Positions 52,290-64,000 of a DNA stretch of 64,000 bases are shown one piece after another (position 1 is the first letter of the stretch; every line of letters starts with the position of its first letter). The DNA comes from Dicyema japonicum (Eukaryota; Animalia; Dicyemida). The notes beneath the pieces are model-generated. The model was not told the DNA's origin and searched no databases. It was given only the letters and a program-made list of their open reading frames with translations. The stretch is taken from positions 2,025,747 through 2,089,746 of the forward strand of contig RDEW01000005.1 in NCBI GenBank assembly GCA_011109175.1. The letters run 5' to 3'. A program made the position numbers and the translations under genes.

Positions 52290-52950
52290 ATGCCAGATGT
52301 GCTAGAAAAATGGTTTATCAAAATCAATACGGAAAAGACGGAGACAACTACCATACGCCGTGAATTAACCCGAACTGATGAAAAATGGAGATACTGTAAA
52401 AAAATTGGGGTCGTTGCTCGGAGACGCTGAGGATATCATTAACAGGAAGATGTTGGCCGTCGCGGCCTTTAAAAAAATGGGAGTAGTCTGGAATCATCGT
52501 AAACAAATTAGCACACAATTACGTCTAAGATTATACAATGCCTTCGTGAAACCAGTCCTAATGTACAACGCTGCAACCTGGGGTGTCTCACAAGCAGTAA
52601 TGGACAAACTAGATGCCTTCCATCGTAAACAACTCCGACTGTTGCTTGGCATCAACTGGCCAAAAACAATTACAAACAAGAATATATACAAAGTATGTAA
52701 TACAAGACCATTGAGTCTGGATATCCTGGAATCAAAATGGCGTCTGTTTGGTCACACCCTTCGGATGAGCCAGATGACGCCTGCCAAAATAGCAATGGAT
52801 AAGTATTTCTGCCCAGAAGTGAATACCTCGTTCCGTGGAAGACCTCGCATAACTTTGCCAGAGGTTCTACACAAGGACCTGACCAATGTAGGACGAAAGC
52901 TGAAAACTGGAGATGATCTGGATACTCGAAAGTGCTATTAATAATAATAA
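52290..52950 (+). mobile_element. RTE-clade LINE 3' part with (TAA)n tail
   Basis: KLGSLL, RLRLYNAFVKPVLMYNAATW, LDAFHRKQLR, WRLFGHTLRM and RGRPRITL. Confidence 0.88.
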
Positions 52951-53246
52951 TTGATTCCGTCAATATTACTATTTTAACAACAATAAAGTTCCTCGAATGA
53001 AATAAATTAATATTTAAAATTCTTCAAACTCCTACCGCTAACTGTCGAACTGAGAAAGCTGGTCAAATATTCTGCGCTTGAGGACCGTTTCAAATATTTG
53101 GACTTCCAGGTACACTCTTAATATAGGTCCAAAGAGCCTCAATCGAGATTCCGTGATTTCAATCGTGGGTTCTTTATATACTAGGATACAATACACATAT
53201 AGACATAAAAATCATCAAAAAATAAGAATGTCAAATATTAATGTCA

Positions 53247-56021
53247 TTAATACGGCTCTTCACTATTGAAGGGTACCAAAATCATACTAAAATTAGACAA
53301 CAAAACAACTGAATAAATAAATCCGAACAAAAAACACACTCCGGGTCATCCACCGTAGTAGAATGTTCATACCAGCTCATATCAACCCCGCTTTCGTTGA
53401 TCTGACTTATTAACCGGTTATGTTCCTTTTTCAAACAATTCTGATGGAACACATGAGTGCAGGGGAAAACATAAAAAGGAGATTCCACTACCGNGAATGT
53501 TCATACCAGCTCATATCAACCCCGCTTTCGTTGATCTGACTTATTAACCGGTTATGTTCCTTTTTCAAACAATTCTGATGGAACACATGAGTGCAGGGGA
53601 AAACATAAAAGGGAGATTCCACTACCGAGAACGAACATAGGTTACACTTGTCCTCAGGATTTATCACAATTTGCCTTCAAAAAGCCAAAGTCACAACTTT
53701 TTCAGAGTGTCACTGCAACAGTTTTTCAACTTCTCCGCCATTTTATCAATATCCCCGATTTCCTGGTGTAGACTCGAGATTTTATTATCATACGATCTTA
53801 GACAGCTCACAATGGCATCCTAAGCAAATTCGGCACACATAAACCTTAAAAGTGTCGACCAAACAATCGTCTGGGATCAAAGGAAGGACTTGGTCTAACT
53901 CCATCTCTCCGTCGTTTATAAGTTTTATCAAAACCGGAACAATGTCCACGGTTCCGGGAGACTTTATTATCCACTCTATGATTTTTGTAAACAATTTCTT
54001 CTTATTATCAGTACCACTCATCCTGTCAGTAATATAACTAGTTACCGAGCGATTTCCATGGCCTTGTCCAGTCTCTTTGCCTCCAAGGCCATCAGCACTG
54101 CGTTCTGGTGAAGTCCCTGAATATCATAGAGGTAGCAGGCGGCCTCGAAATGTCTAGAATGGGTGCAAAGTGAGAGGGCCTTTCTCACATCATACGGCAA
54201 TTTTCCATTTTCTCCCGTATTCTGAGTGATCAGGTAGTCCATCAGTGATGAAGGATCGTGTTCCAGCAAAAGTGCCACGTAAAAGTCGTGTACAGAACCA
54301 TCTCGGCAGTCAAACTGCTCAATCGCAGTCTTCAGGAATTTAAGAGCGTGGAGTCCCTGAGTTCACAAATCCGACAAACCAGAATTTGACTTCCCATGGC
54401 ATTTGCTGACACAAAAGCGCGGACCAATTCAGGGATCAGCTGGCGGACAAGCTCAGGGTCAGTTTGTAGGTTCAAATACTGAACTACCGCCTCAACAAAC
54501 AACTCAGGGACATTTTGGACCAACATAGGGGCTACTTTAGCTAACAAACAATAGTCCAGTTCCTGTGGATTGCCAAAACATAAAAACTGGCTTGTCGATT
54601 AGTTGCACAGCATTAAAGTAGTCCCTCTGGCGGATGTACAAGTTCATGAGCTCCTCGTAATCTAAAATGAATGATAGATATGCCTTTCATATGGGAGGAC
54701 AGGAAAAGCAGCACAGACATCTCGTCATGGCTGTGGATAAGTTCGAAGAGTACCTCCTTGATTTTTTCCAGGTTTTTCTAAACAATAATAGAGAATAACT
54801 ACCAAATCACAATTTTTAAAGAATTCCTGAAGCTCCTGCATGACCAAGTCCACCTTTTCCTGAAATTCGTATTGGCATTGGGCCAGGAGATTGAGGAAGA
54901 CTTCAACAATCCATGGAATGAGAGCACATACTTTCACAGTGTCCTTTAGTCTCACCATAGAGTATACCTCCGAATCCATACTGAAATAACATCCAATCAG
55001 AAAGGTTTTCAAAGCAAATTGGTCCCCACATTCCACGAATCTGAGTGCCATGGCCTCAAAGTTCCGGCTAAAATGGGAGAATTTGTTCACGTTTTTAACC
55101 AGAGCCACTTTGTTGGTCTTAAAAAGGTATTCAGCGTAAAAGTCGAGGACCATTTCATAGTCGTCAGAGCTCTCCTTCACTTGTAATCATCAAACTTACA
55201 TGAGCGTAGGAGAGAGCCTTTTCGAACTGTTGCTGCTCAACCAAAATGTCCAACACTTTCCTGAAATAATACCGCATGTCACCTGTTCTCATTTACATAA
55301 CGGAAACGAAAAACGTTCCTCTCGCTTGCTAGCCAAAGACTATTGCTATGTATCATGTTCGAGATTCCAATATACGGAGACATCTCATCGTCTAACTCGT
55401 GACTGTAGACCACGTGGCCATTGTAAATGTTGATGATGTGGATGCTAGAAGAACTTTAATATCACAACTTCGTAGCAGTGAGAACGACCACATTGTGTTG
55501 AATGAGAGAAACCTAGAGTTGACTCATCTCTGTGACAACTCCAGCTCGAATATTTTGCCTGAATACAACAATAAAGTCACCATTTGAAGACATCAACAGC
55601 ACCTTTTCTGGGACATCTGATAAGAAGCCAAACCCAAGACATGGCGGTTAATTTAGTACCCTGAAAGATCCACTAGCGATTACCTTTGGGAGAGCGATTT
55701 CACGAATTTTGGTGACGGGGGTTAAACAGAGGAGATTATGGTTTGGAGCGTAGAAGAAGCAAAACTTACGTTGGAGATGAAGGGAGACGATCCAATCGTT
55801 GAAATCCTTCCAAATTTTTATCTCTGCCATTAATTTAAGTAAACCTGAAGGCTCTGAGTTGTCCGATAAATCAGCTCGTAGAATACTCCCTTCTCTAGTC
55901 AGGAGAATGAGGATTGACTGGTTGATTGCCATTTGACAGACATTCCCAGGCGGTCTGAGGGATTATTGTAAGGGTACTCGAAATTGATTAGTCGCCCTTT
56001 CAGATAAGGATCAACCGACAT
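53247..56021 (-). CDS. VPS18: VPS18/PEP3 (HOPS/CORVET subunit), multi-exon
   Basis: N-terminal beta-propeller-like exons, YAEYLFKT..VAL, VPELFVEAV, LPYDVRKAL.LC, H.NAV.MAL, LPLIPDD..VDTFK, and a C-terminal RING-H2 FYVFPCTHVFH.NC...CVFC. An N-joined duplicate is present at 53494. Confidence 0.88.
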
Positions 56022-57899
56022 TGAAAATTAATTTGATTATTTTTATATTACTACTTTTTAAATTTAAGTAAATTTTTATTTTTTATATTATAACTTTTCT
56101 AAATTTAAGAAAGCCGACAGTCTATTCATTCTTCTGGCGTTTTTCCATCCGAAGTTTCCCTCCTAAGTCTTGTTCCTCATTTGATAAAGGAAGATTTTGA
56201 AAAATGCCAAAATTCAAGATGAAGGCTCTTTGTGATTCTTTTGTTTCTCGACGGCATGATTTCCCAGTTGATACGGAATGAACATATGCGCAAGTGGAGT
56301 CGCCTGATTGGACGCTTCTGTAAATAAACATTTATTCAACAGTTTTTGAAAGACTGTAAAAAGGGACAAAATGTTCAGCAGCGATTAAGAAGACTACATT
56401 TCCTACACCTCAGTAAAACCTACACGTAAACGGGTAAATCGACTGTATNAGGATTGACTGATTGATTGCCATTTGACAGACATTCCCAGGCGGTCTGAGG
56501 GATTACTTGTAAGGGTACTCGAAATTGATTAGTCGCCCTTTCAGATAAGGATCAACCGACATTGAAAATTAATTTGATTATTTTTATATTACTACTTTTT
56601 AAATTTAAGTAAATTTTTATTTTTTATATTATAACTTTTCTAAATTTAAGAAAGCCGACAGTCTATTCATTCTTCTGGCGTTTTTCCATCCGAAGTTTCC
56701 CTCCTAAGTCTTGTTCCTCATTTGATAAAGGAAGATTTTGAAAAATGCCAAAATTCAAGATGAAGGCTCTTTGTGATTCTTTTGTTTCTCGACGGCATGA
56801 TTTCCCAGTTGATACGGAATGAACATATGCGCAAGTGGAGTCGCCTGATTGGACGCTTCTGTAATAAACATTTATTCAACAGTTTTTGAAAGACTGTAAA
56901 AAGGGACAAAATGTTCAGCAGCGATTAAGAAGACTACATTTCCTACACCTCAGTAAAACCTACACGCAAACGGGTAAATCGACTGTATAAATATTATTCC
57001 GCAGTCAGCCATAAAGACTTTAATCGATTTTTACGTCTGACAAAACCAAGGGTTACGACTCTTATTATCTTCCTCACTACTGCCTATGTGGATAAATTTA
57101 TTGCCTCTATTCACGTGAATAAAAGTATGTACTTGTGGAATTTATTTTTTGGGGACAATGAACCAAAATACATAAGGTATTAGCACTCTAGATTTAGTGA
57201 TTCCAAGTACCGTCATGGAAGAAATTTTTTTTATTTTTACTTCCCCTGGACCGCCAGATGTGCTGGAACTCTGGGGCGACCTGACTTAGCGGAACTATTC
57301 TTAATGGTTGCCAGCTTCGTACGTATTAGCCAAGTTTGAGTAATTTAATCGTTAAATATTGAGGAAGACGTTTTAATTGCCTAAAATGTCTCACTCCTTT
57401 TTATGGATGGAATGACTGTCTCGGAAACATAGGCTCCGTTCCAAAAATTTTGAATATACCAATGCTTACCATCTTAAGGAGGACCAAAGGATACGAATTA
57501 GCCAGTGAAGATTGTCTTCAAATCAACGAGTGAACTAGCAACTTACTTAGAATCAAAAACAGATAGCATCCATATTTGGCAGAACAAGATATTTATTTTA
57601 ATCCCTCAAGAACACTAAGAAATTTTTAAGATTCTTTAATTAAATGATCCAAAAGAGACGCGAAATTGCCTCCAATGAGGTGGGCTATAGTAAAGACTAA
57701 TTTAGTTAGAAACTTTCTCCTATTCCTTTAACACAGTGATCTTGGGATAATAAAATAAATAAATAAAAAGAGACGCAAAATATCCCTTAAAAGGTTCTCA
57801 CTATTTATCTGCAACCACTGAGAAACCCAAAATATTTAAAATAATCTATTCTAGACTGCGCATATAGGCTCAGGTTGTTGATGCTAACTTTTCATCTCC

Positions 57900-60716
57900 C
57901 AAGTATACATTGTACTTTAAGCTAGCATGTCGCAATTAACCATAAATCATTGATCTGCGGTTAATAACCAAGAATGAAGATAAATTTTATTTATTAATGA
58001 ATTTCTGAAAAATAAATCTGAATTCATAGTTAATAAGCGAAACTAATCCAACACAAAACAGGGACATTCTGTTCGAAATCATATAGTATGTTTCGTCGTT
58101 GTAAAAGGCAAAATGCAGTCTGGGGTTGTTAGCAGAATCGCATTTGTACTTTACAAACTGCAATATCGATGATCCAATCTAAAAGCTTCACTATAATTAA
58201 AACTAATATGTTAGAGAGGATGAAATGAAGACAGGTCAATTTGAAATACTCTTGAAGTTTGTCGAGGACTCGTGATTAACCGTGTAAGGCAAAAATAGAG
58301 ACCCCAGAATGACAAAAGTGGACAATTCGATGAAGTTCAAAAAGACTTGATTAGATAAACATCAAACCTATGATTTTATAGTAATCTCCTCTTAAAAGAA
58401 ATGCCCGAGGCACTTCCAATGAATAGTGGTAAATGAGTGGTCATGTCCAGTCGCGTAGAAAAACGATAGAGTCAGGAAAAACCAAAAACTAACATCAAAG
58501 AACGTGTTATGAAAGTTCAAAAACTCAATATTTTTGTTTTTTACTGCAAATTTCCTAATAAAATTGATGTAAACAAATATGATTAGGAAATATAGCACAA
58601 AATGGTAGTTGATAAGTATATTGTTGACAAAAATGCACAAGAGAGTGGCAATAACAGCAAATGAGTTGTAATATTTCATCAATTTGATCGGTTTCCCAAA
58701 CCAATGAATATATGGCACTCAGTGGGACGGTTATTGAAGCCATAATCAGCGAAAAGTAAAACAAAAATGATAAGTAACGTTGTTGGAAGAAACTGATTTG
58801 TATGTAATCGTCGAAATATCTCAAATAGTGAAAATCAAACAAAATCATGAGATTAAAGCGACTGAGGCAAAAAATTTTATCGCAGGCAATATTTCGAATT
58901 TTATGATGGAATATTGTCCCCCAATCAGTAATATGAAGACCAATATGTAGACGGAAATGAGTTGGCCTGAAGATAGAGTAGATACTTCAGTCGAGTACAG
59001 ATTACCAGAGCACGGCCATTTTTCACAATATCGGAATAAACTCGAGCAGATTATAAGGAAGAGGATCAACGTGCCTGACAAACCGGAGATAATCCATTCA
59101 TTTTTAAGGCGAGGCCTTACATTGCAAACCAAAACCAAAGCGAATGAAGTAAGGACCAGCCACATTGAGCTAAAATTGTTAATTTCCATCCGATATAAAT
59201 AGACATAAATGAACAGTGCATAGAATATTCCCAAAAGTGACCCAATCGTGATGGGACTCAGTTTCCTGTAAAGTGTAATAGCGACGAATACTGCCGTTAA
59301 GCAGAAAGAAATGAGGAATGGAATGAGGGGAAAGAAAAATTGAGCAACTCCAAATGTTCCAACCAACAAACTCATCAATATTGGAGGGATCTTGTTGATA
59401 TACAGAATTAAAATTCCCAAATTAACGTAGAACGTAAAAACCACGTGATATGGTAGTTCTGAACCATCACATAGGCTCCACTTAGTGTAAAGCAGATCCT
59501 TTATTCGTTTCATTATTCGTAAATATATTTCAGTCGCATCATCGAAATCTCCAATGGCAGTCTTGAATTCAGCCTCTTTGATGTCCTTCATAATTTTTTT
59601 TTTTCAAATGGGGACGAAATTAGATTTAACGATTTGTAGAACTTGATAATTTGCTTACTATTTATTCTACTCAAGTTGAACTCCTAAATTTGTTAAAATA
59701 ATGAATACCGAGATGCCGCCATAATCGATATCCTTAATAAAGGTCCCCATGTTCTGGAAGGGAATGTTTACTCCCATCAACATAGCCATGGTGGGAGCGA
59801 ATTGATCTTGTTCAATTTGCTGAATTTCGTTCTAAATTGATAAATAAAGACCACAATGTTCAATGGAGTGGGTGATAGCTGTTTTTTACTATATATAAAC
59901 AGGGCACTGTCCTCCTCCTCGAGGTTATCTCCGTGAGACCCATTTGGAACAGATCCGTGGTCCCCTAGAACGAACAATACGGTTTCTTCGTCAATTAAAG
60001 GCAATAATTTTCTGAACTAGTTAAAATGACCCTTACCCGATAAAACGATAATAAAACTCAAGACGGTGTTGAATTTCTGGATGGTTGAGGCCCAATAGGT
60101 GGTATAGGTGATCCATTCCAAGAAAATGAGCTACATAAACGTCCGAAGTGCTGTGCTTTACAAATTTAATAAAGCTCTCATTAATGAGATCATCAATTCT
60201 GAAGATATCGTCGAGATCGTTGTCATGTATGCTAATATCTACTTCAAAGGGACGTCCGAATATATTAGGACACGATACTCCACCAACGAAGGCCAATTTC
60301 TTGCCATTTAATCGGAACTGATTAAATAGGTTATCTTGGATATATCCAGAATCTCCAAATCCATGCCAAATTCCTTTGAAAATTGAAAGTAACCGATTAA
60401 TGGTCATGGCAGGAAATCTACCGCTGAAGGAATAAACACGTGTATTCTGGGGCTCATTTAATTGAACTTTGTATAGGTTCGTTAGTCGATTGAGGTATGT
60501 CGCATTTCTGGTGCTGTTGGCCAAAACTGAATCAAATCTGAGTCCATCGATAATAATCACGATAGATTTTCGAAATTTGGGATTTTGTGGTTCCTCGTCT
60601 TTACTGATTCCCTTGAGATGTTTTTTCGTATACCGAAGACTAATAACATGACCAGAAAAGCTCCTGTAATTAATTGCATAAAAAATTATTAAAAACGCCC
60701 ATTTAAGCAGTAACAT
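57900..60716 (-). CDS. PIGO: GPI ethanolamine-phosphate transferase (PIG-O/PIG-G family). The 3' end is approximate and there is a 1-nt frameshift in an A run near 59600.
   Basis: N-terminal anchor, IVIIIDGLRFD, TINRLL, HFLGMDH, LFVLGDHG and FAPTMAMLMG.NIPF, followed by many transmembrane segments and an FYATGH motif. Confidence 0.75.
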
Positions 60717-61533
60717 TTGCTAACGATTTATGATTAACACTTTTATTAAGAAAATTTGGCGGCTTTGATTACCGTTTTGCGCTAAATAAAAACCGCATAG
60801 CCGCAAAATATTATAAAGTTTACTCTTCGGATAAGATTTACGCAGCGAAAAAGGCTGTGGATTAGAGGATAACGATCGAGGCTGTGACATGTTTATGAGA
60901 CTGATTAGTTGGAGAAGAACCCCAGTAAAAAGTTCACGGCCTTCGACGCTGGGCCCATGTTATTTCGGACCCATGGAAAAGTTTCTGGCGATTAGTTAGA
61001 AAATTATAATTAATAATCCTATTAAATTTATTTAAAAAATAAAAAATCAGTTCTAGGAGACACGTCCCTCATGGTCTCTGACATTGATATCAAAAGGATC
61101 GTTGCTCAATTTTGGATCACCTGTATCAAAAATTTAATCATAATACAAAATACTACAAGAGATACAAAAATTCACTATTAGATGGTAAGTCCACCTCCAA
61201 AGAACATTTGTTTAAGAGAATCAGAATCGAGGTCTATTAGCAAACTAACATATAATTAACTTTCTGATGACTAAGGGGGGTCATCCGAGCTTCACCAGTA
61301 GATTCAAACCAAAAACCATTCAGTTATCCATTGCCACCATATTTTTTATTCAAAAAAGGGGGATTAGATTTATCAGTAAAGTCATTCTGAAAGAGACCCC
61401 GTCACCACTTCTATCTCTTTAGACCAGTTGACTTGTAAGAAAACGAGATGATTTATTTAACCCCAAAGAACACAGAGAAAATGCTAAATCCAACTAAGTA
61501 GGTGATATATGTATTCATTTTAATAACTGTGAG

Positions 61534-62519
61534 CAAGTCTAACTATTTTGATATTTTAGGAAGCATGTGCAGTTGGCATAGAAAACATCCTTCGACCCGA
61601 CGACAAAATTACTACAGCATACAGAGTTCACGGATTTGCCTATCTGAGAGGACTTACCCCACATTCTATATTTGCCGTGCTCATGGGACGGAAAACTGGG
61701 TGCTCTCTTGGAAAAGGGGGTCAATGCACATGTACACAAAAAATCTTTTAGGAGGGAACGGAATAGTCGGAGCCCAAGTTTATTGATTTATTAAAGAAAG
61801 GTTCCAATCGGAGCTGGTTTGGCTTTCGCTATTAAGTACAATAAGGAAGACTTGGTGTGCGTGAATCTATACGGAGACGGAGCAGCAAATCAAGGACAGG
61901 TTTTTGAGACCTACAATATGGCCATGCTCTGGAAGCTTCCGTGTATTTTCGTCTGCGAGAATAACAGATACGGAATGGGGACTTCAGTTGGAAGGGCTTC
62001 ATACTGTACCGATTATTACACCCGAGGTGACTATGTTCCTGGAATTTGGGTGTGAACTCTGAAGTTTATTTTAGATTGATGGGATGGACTTGGCCTCAGT
62101 TATTGAAGGGATGAGATTTGCTGTTGACCACTGTAGAAGCGGAAAAGGACCCATTGTCGTAGAAATGGACACATATCGATATTTTGGCCACAGTATGAGC
62201 GATCCTGGAACAAGGTTTAGGATAATGATTATGTTAGTTATCGATCCCGAGATGAGGTTCAGTCAGTGAGGAAAAATTCTGACCCAATTTTACAATTTCG
62301 TGAGAAGCTTGTGAGTTCTTCTATGTCCACTAATGATGAATTGAATGAATTGGAATTTTTAACTTCCACTAGGCAATTGAGAAAAGAGTTAAGCGATCTA
62401 TTGCTGAGGACGTCAAGAAAGCATTGGATGACCCCTTTCCTGACCAAAGTGAGCTGTATGATCACGTCTATGATTCCCCCGTCCCTAATTCAGTTGAACG
62501 CGGATGTATCCTCAAGTGA
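61534..62519 (+). pseudogene. PDHA1: PDH E1 alpha, copy 2: lacks exon 1 and is frameshifted
   Basis: Near-identical to 48683-49669 but starts 3 nt before intron 1. GGAAAAGGGGGTCA has 5 G where copy 1 has 6, which breaks the GKGGSMH frame. Confidence 0.85.
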
Positions 62520-63128
62520 ATTTTGATTACCACTCATTTCGGCTAATTATTAATTTTTGCTAATATAGTTAATTTTCGAGTATTCTAAACATTTTTGATC
62601 AATTTGATAAGTTGGAGGCTATTTGAACGAATCTTGCTCGTTATTCTGAGAGGGAATAGCCACGCAGTCAGGACGATCACTGCATAACCCTCGGTTGATT
62701 GTTTTTAATGAGTTTTTCGAATTAAATAAAATTATTTTAAAGACCAAGGGTATTTGGAATGCCGGCTATGCTTGGGCGTCTCCGTATCAAGATGTATCCA
62801 ATGAGGCCATCAGAGGGAAGGAAGTTAAATTTTTAATTAGTTAGCCACATAGCACCACGTGGCGCCACCCGGGTTTATATAATCCAATTTATTTTCTGTT
62901 TATTGAATTATCTATTTGTGGTTAATTTGACACTGTCTGATATCAGGTGGAGTCTAGTGGCCTGATGTCATAAGATGAGACCAATAATATTTTTTAGGCT
63001 TTCAAAATTTCTTTGTGTAAAATATTTTCTAGACTATTTACTTCTTGGAGGTTCCCACGACTTCTTCCTGTAAGACGTTAACCAGACTATCTACTTTTCG
63101 GATGTTCTTACAACTTTTAACTTTAGAA

Positions 63129-63338
63129 AAGTGGTTCCCAACCTTTTTGTTGCCGCGGATTGGTCGTTAGACAACTTACCGCTGCCCGGGGGTAGACTTT
63201 TTACTTGCAACTTACATGTACTATCTTATCAACAACTGTCCGGACCAATTGGTCTACGAACCAACACCGGTTGTGAATTACTGTTTTAGGACATTTTCTA
63301 GAGTCTACATGGGCAATAAAAAAAGTTGAGAAACACTA
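63129..63338. mobile_element. hAT/Charlie-type MITE, duplicate copy
   Basis: Same terminal inverted repeats as 50279-50486. Confidence 0.7.
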
Positions 63339-64000
63339 GGGTTCAGTTTTTTTCCGATTTACAGTTAAGAACCATTCGGGTAACTTGGTAGATATTTCAT
63401 TCAATAAAACAGTGTTTGTTTCTTTGTCGTTTGAAATGAAGTTCACGTCATCTGCATATGCTATTGTTCTCGTTTCCCGCTTAAAGGAACGGTTCCAAAT
63501 CCCGAAAGGCTGCCAAGGTAGATGACAAACAAAATAGGGGATCTTCTTGGGGGTGCTTATTGTTATCTCGAATAGTCTTGAGCAGGTTCCCCAGATCCTC
63601 ACATTCAGGTACGTGTCCTTTGGGAGTGTCTTAATAAGCCTGACTGTGGGATTATCAAGGACTTGTAACAATTTCCGTTAATTTACCGAGTCGAAAACCA
63701 TTGACATGTTAATCCCACTCTGAACCTTTGGACCATTGCGCATCTCCACTGTGGCTCCACATAACATCCAAGAGGTCGATCTGCCCTTACGGAAGCCACT
63801 ATGGTAAGAGACAGATATAAGTCTAACCGACTCTCCATTCTCTGTAGGATTATATTTGCCAATATTTTCTAAACGTGTTCCATTGGTCTGTAAGCTTTCT
63901 GAATTGGTATCAGAGTCCCCTCTCCCAATGGTAGGGTGGTGTAGGTTCTGTACATTCCGTTTAAGACACGGACGATGCTTTCATGCAGTTTTTGGGTTGG

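Larger units (their letters stand above)
61534..64000 (+). repeat. Segmental duplicate of 48683 to about 51490 (PDHA, CRE end, MITE, RTE) that lacks the SINE insertion
   Basis: Colinear, high identity with scattered substitutions and small indels. Continues to the window edge. Confidence 0.93.

Noticed and set aside
56650-57600. Possible gene; LTKPRVTTLII suggested COX10 and FLHLSKT suggested a sulfotransferase
   Set aside because: I could not build a consistent exon chain on either strand, and the downstream family motifs are missing. It may still hide a diverged gene.

Overview
This is AT-rich eukaryotic (metazoan) genomic DNA with compact genes. Almost every intron I could trace is only 22-27 nt long, which points to a highly reduced animal parasite such as a dicyemid or myxozoan (inference; the taxon cannot be fixed from this window). 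Genes rebuilt by hand across these micro-introns: a DDHD-family phospholipase, alpha-spectrin, a small WTAP/FIP37-like protein, MEMO1 (with one in-frame TAA), an atypical Rho GTPase, Rab14, a GH31 alpha-glucosidase, two PDH E1-alpha copies, VPS18 and PIG-O. Intergenic space is packed with retroelement relics: CRE-clade and R4/Dong-like RLE elements, RTE elements, APE-RT LINEs of I/Ingi/Jockey type, a tRNA-derived SINE family and a hAT-type MITE. The most interesting observations are: (1) a Rho GTPase that appears to have swapped its C-terminal CAAX for an N-terminal MGSCCC acylation signal, with a CNLL relic right after the stop; (2) a SINE whose full length is defined by a filled/empty site pair and whose structured core may be a cephalopod Ceph-type domain; (3) a PDHA copy fused in frame to an RTE reverse transcriptase, lacking an ATG and apparently using a GA-AG micro-intron. 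Many ~100-300 bp tandem duplications, often joined by a single N, look like assembly artefacts.
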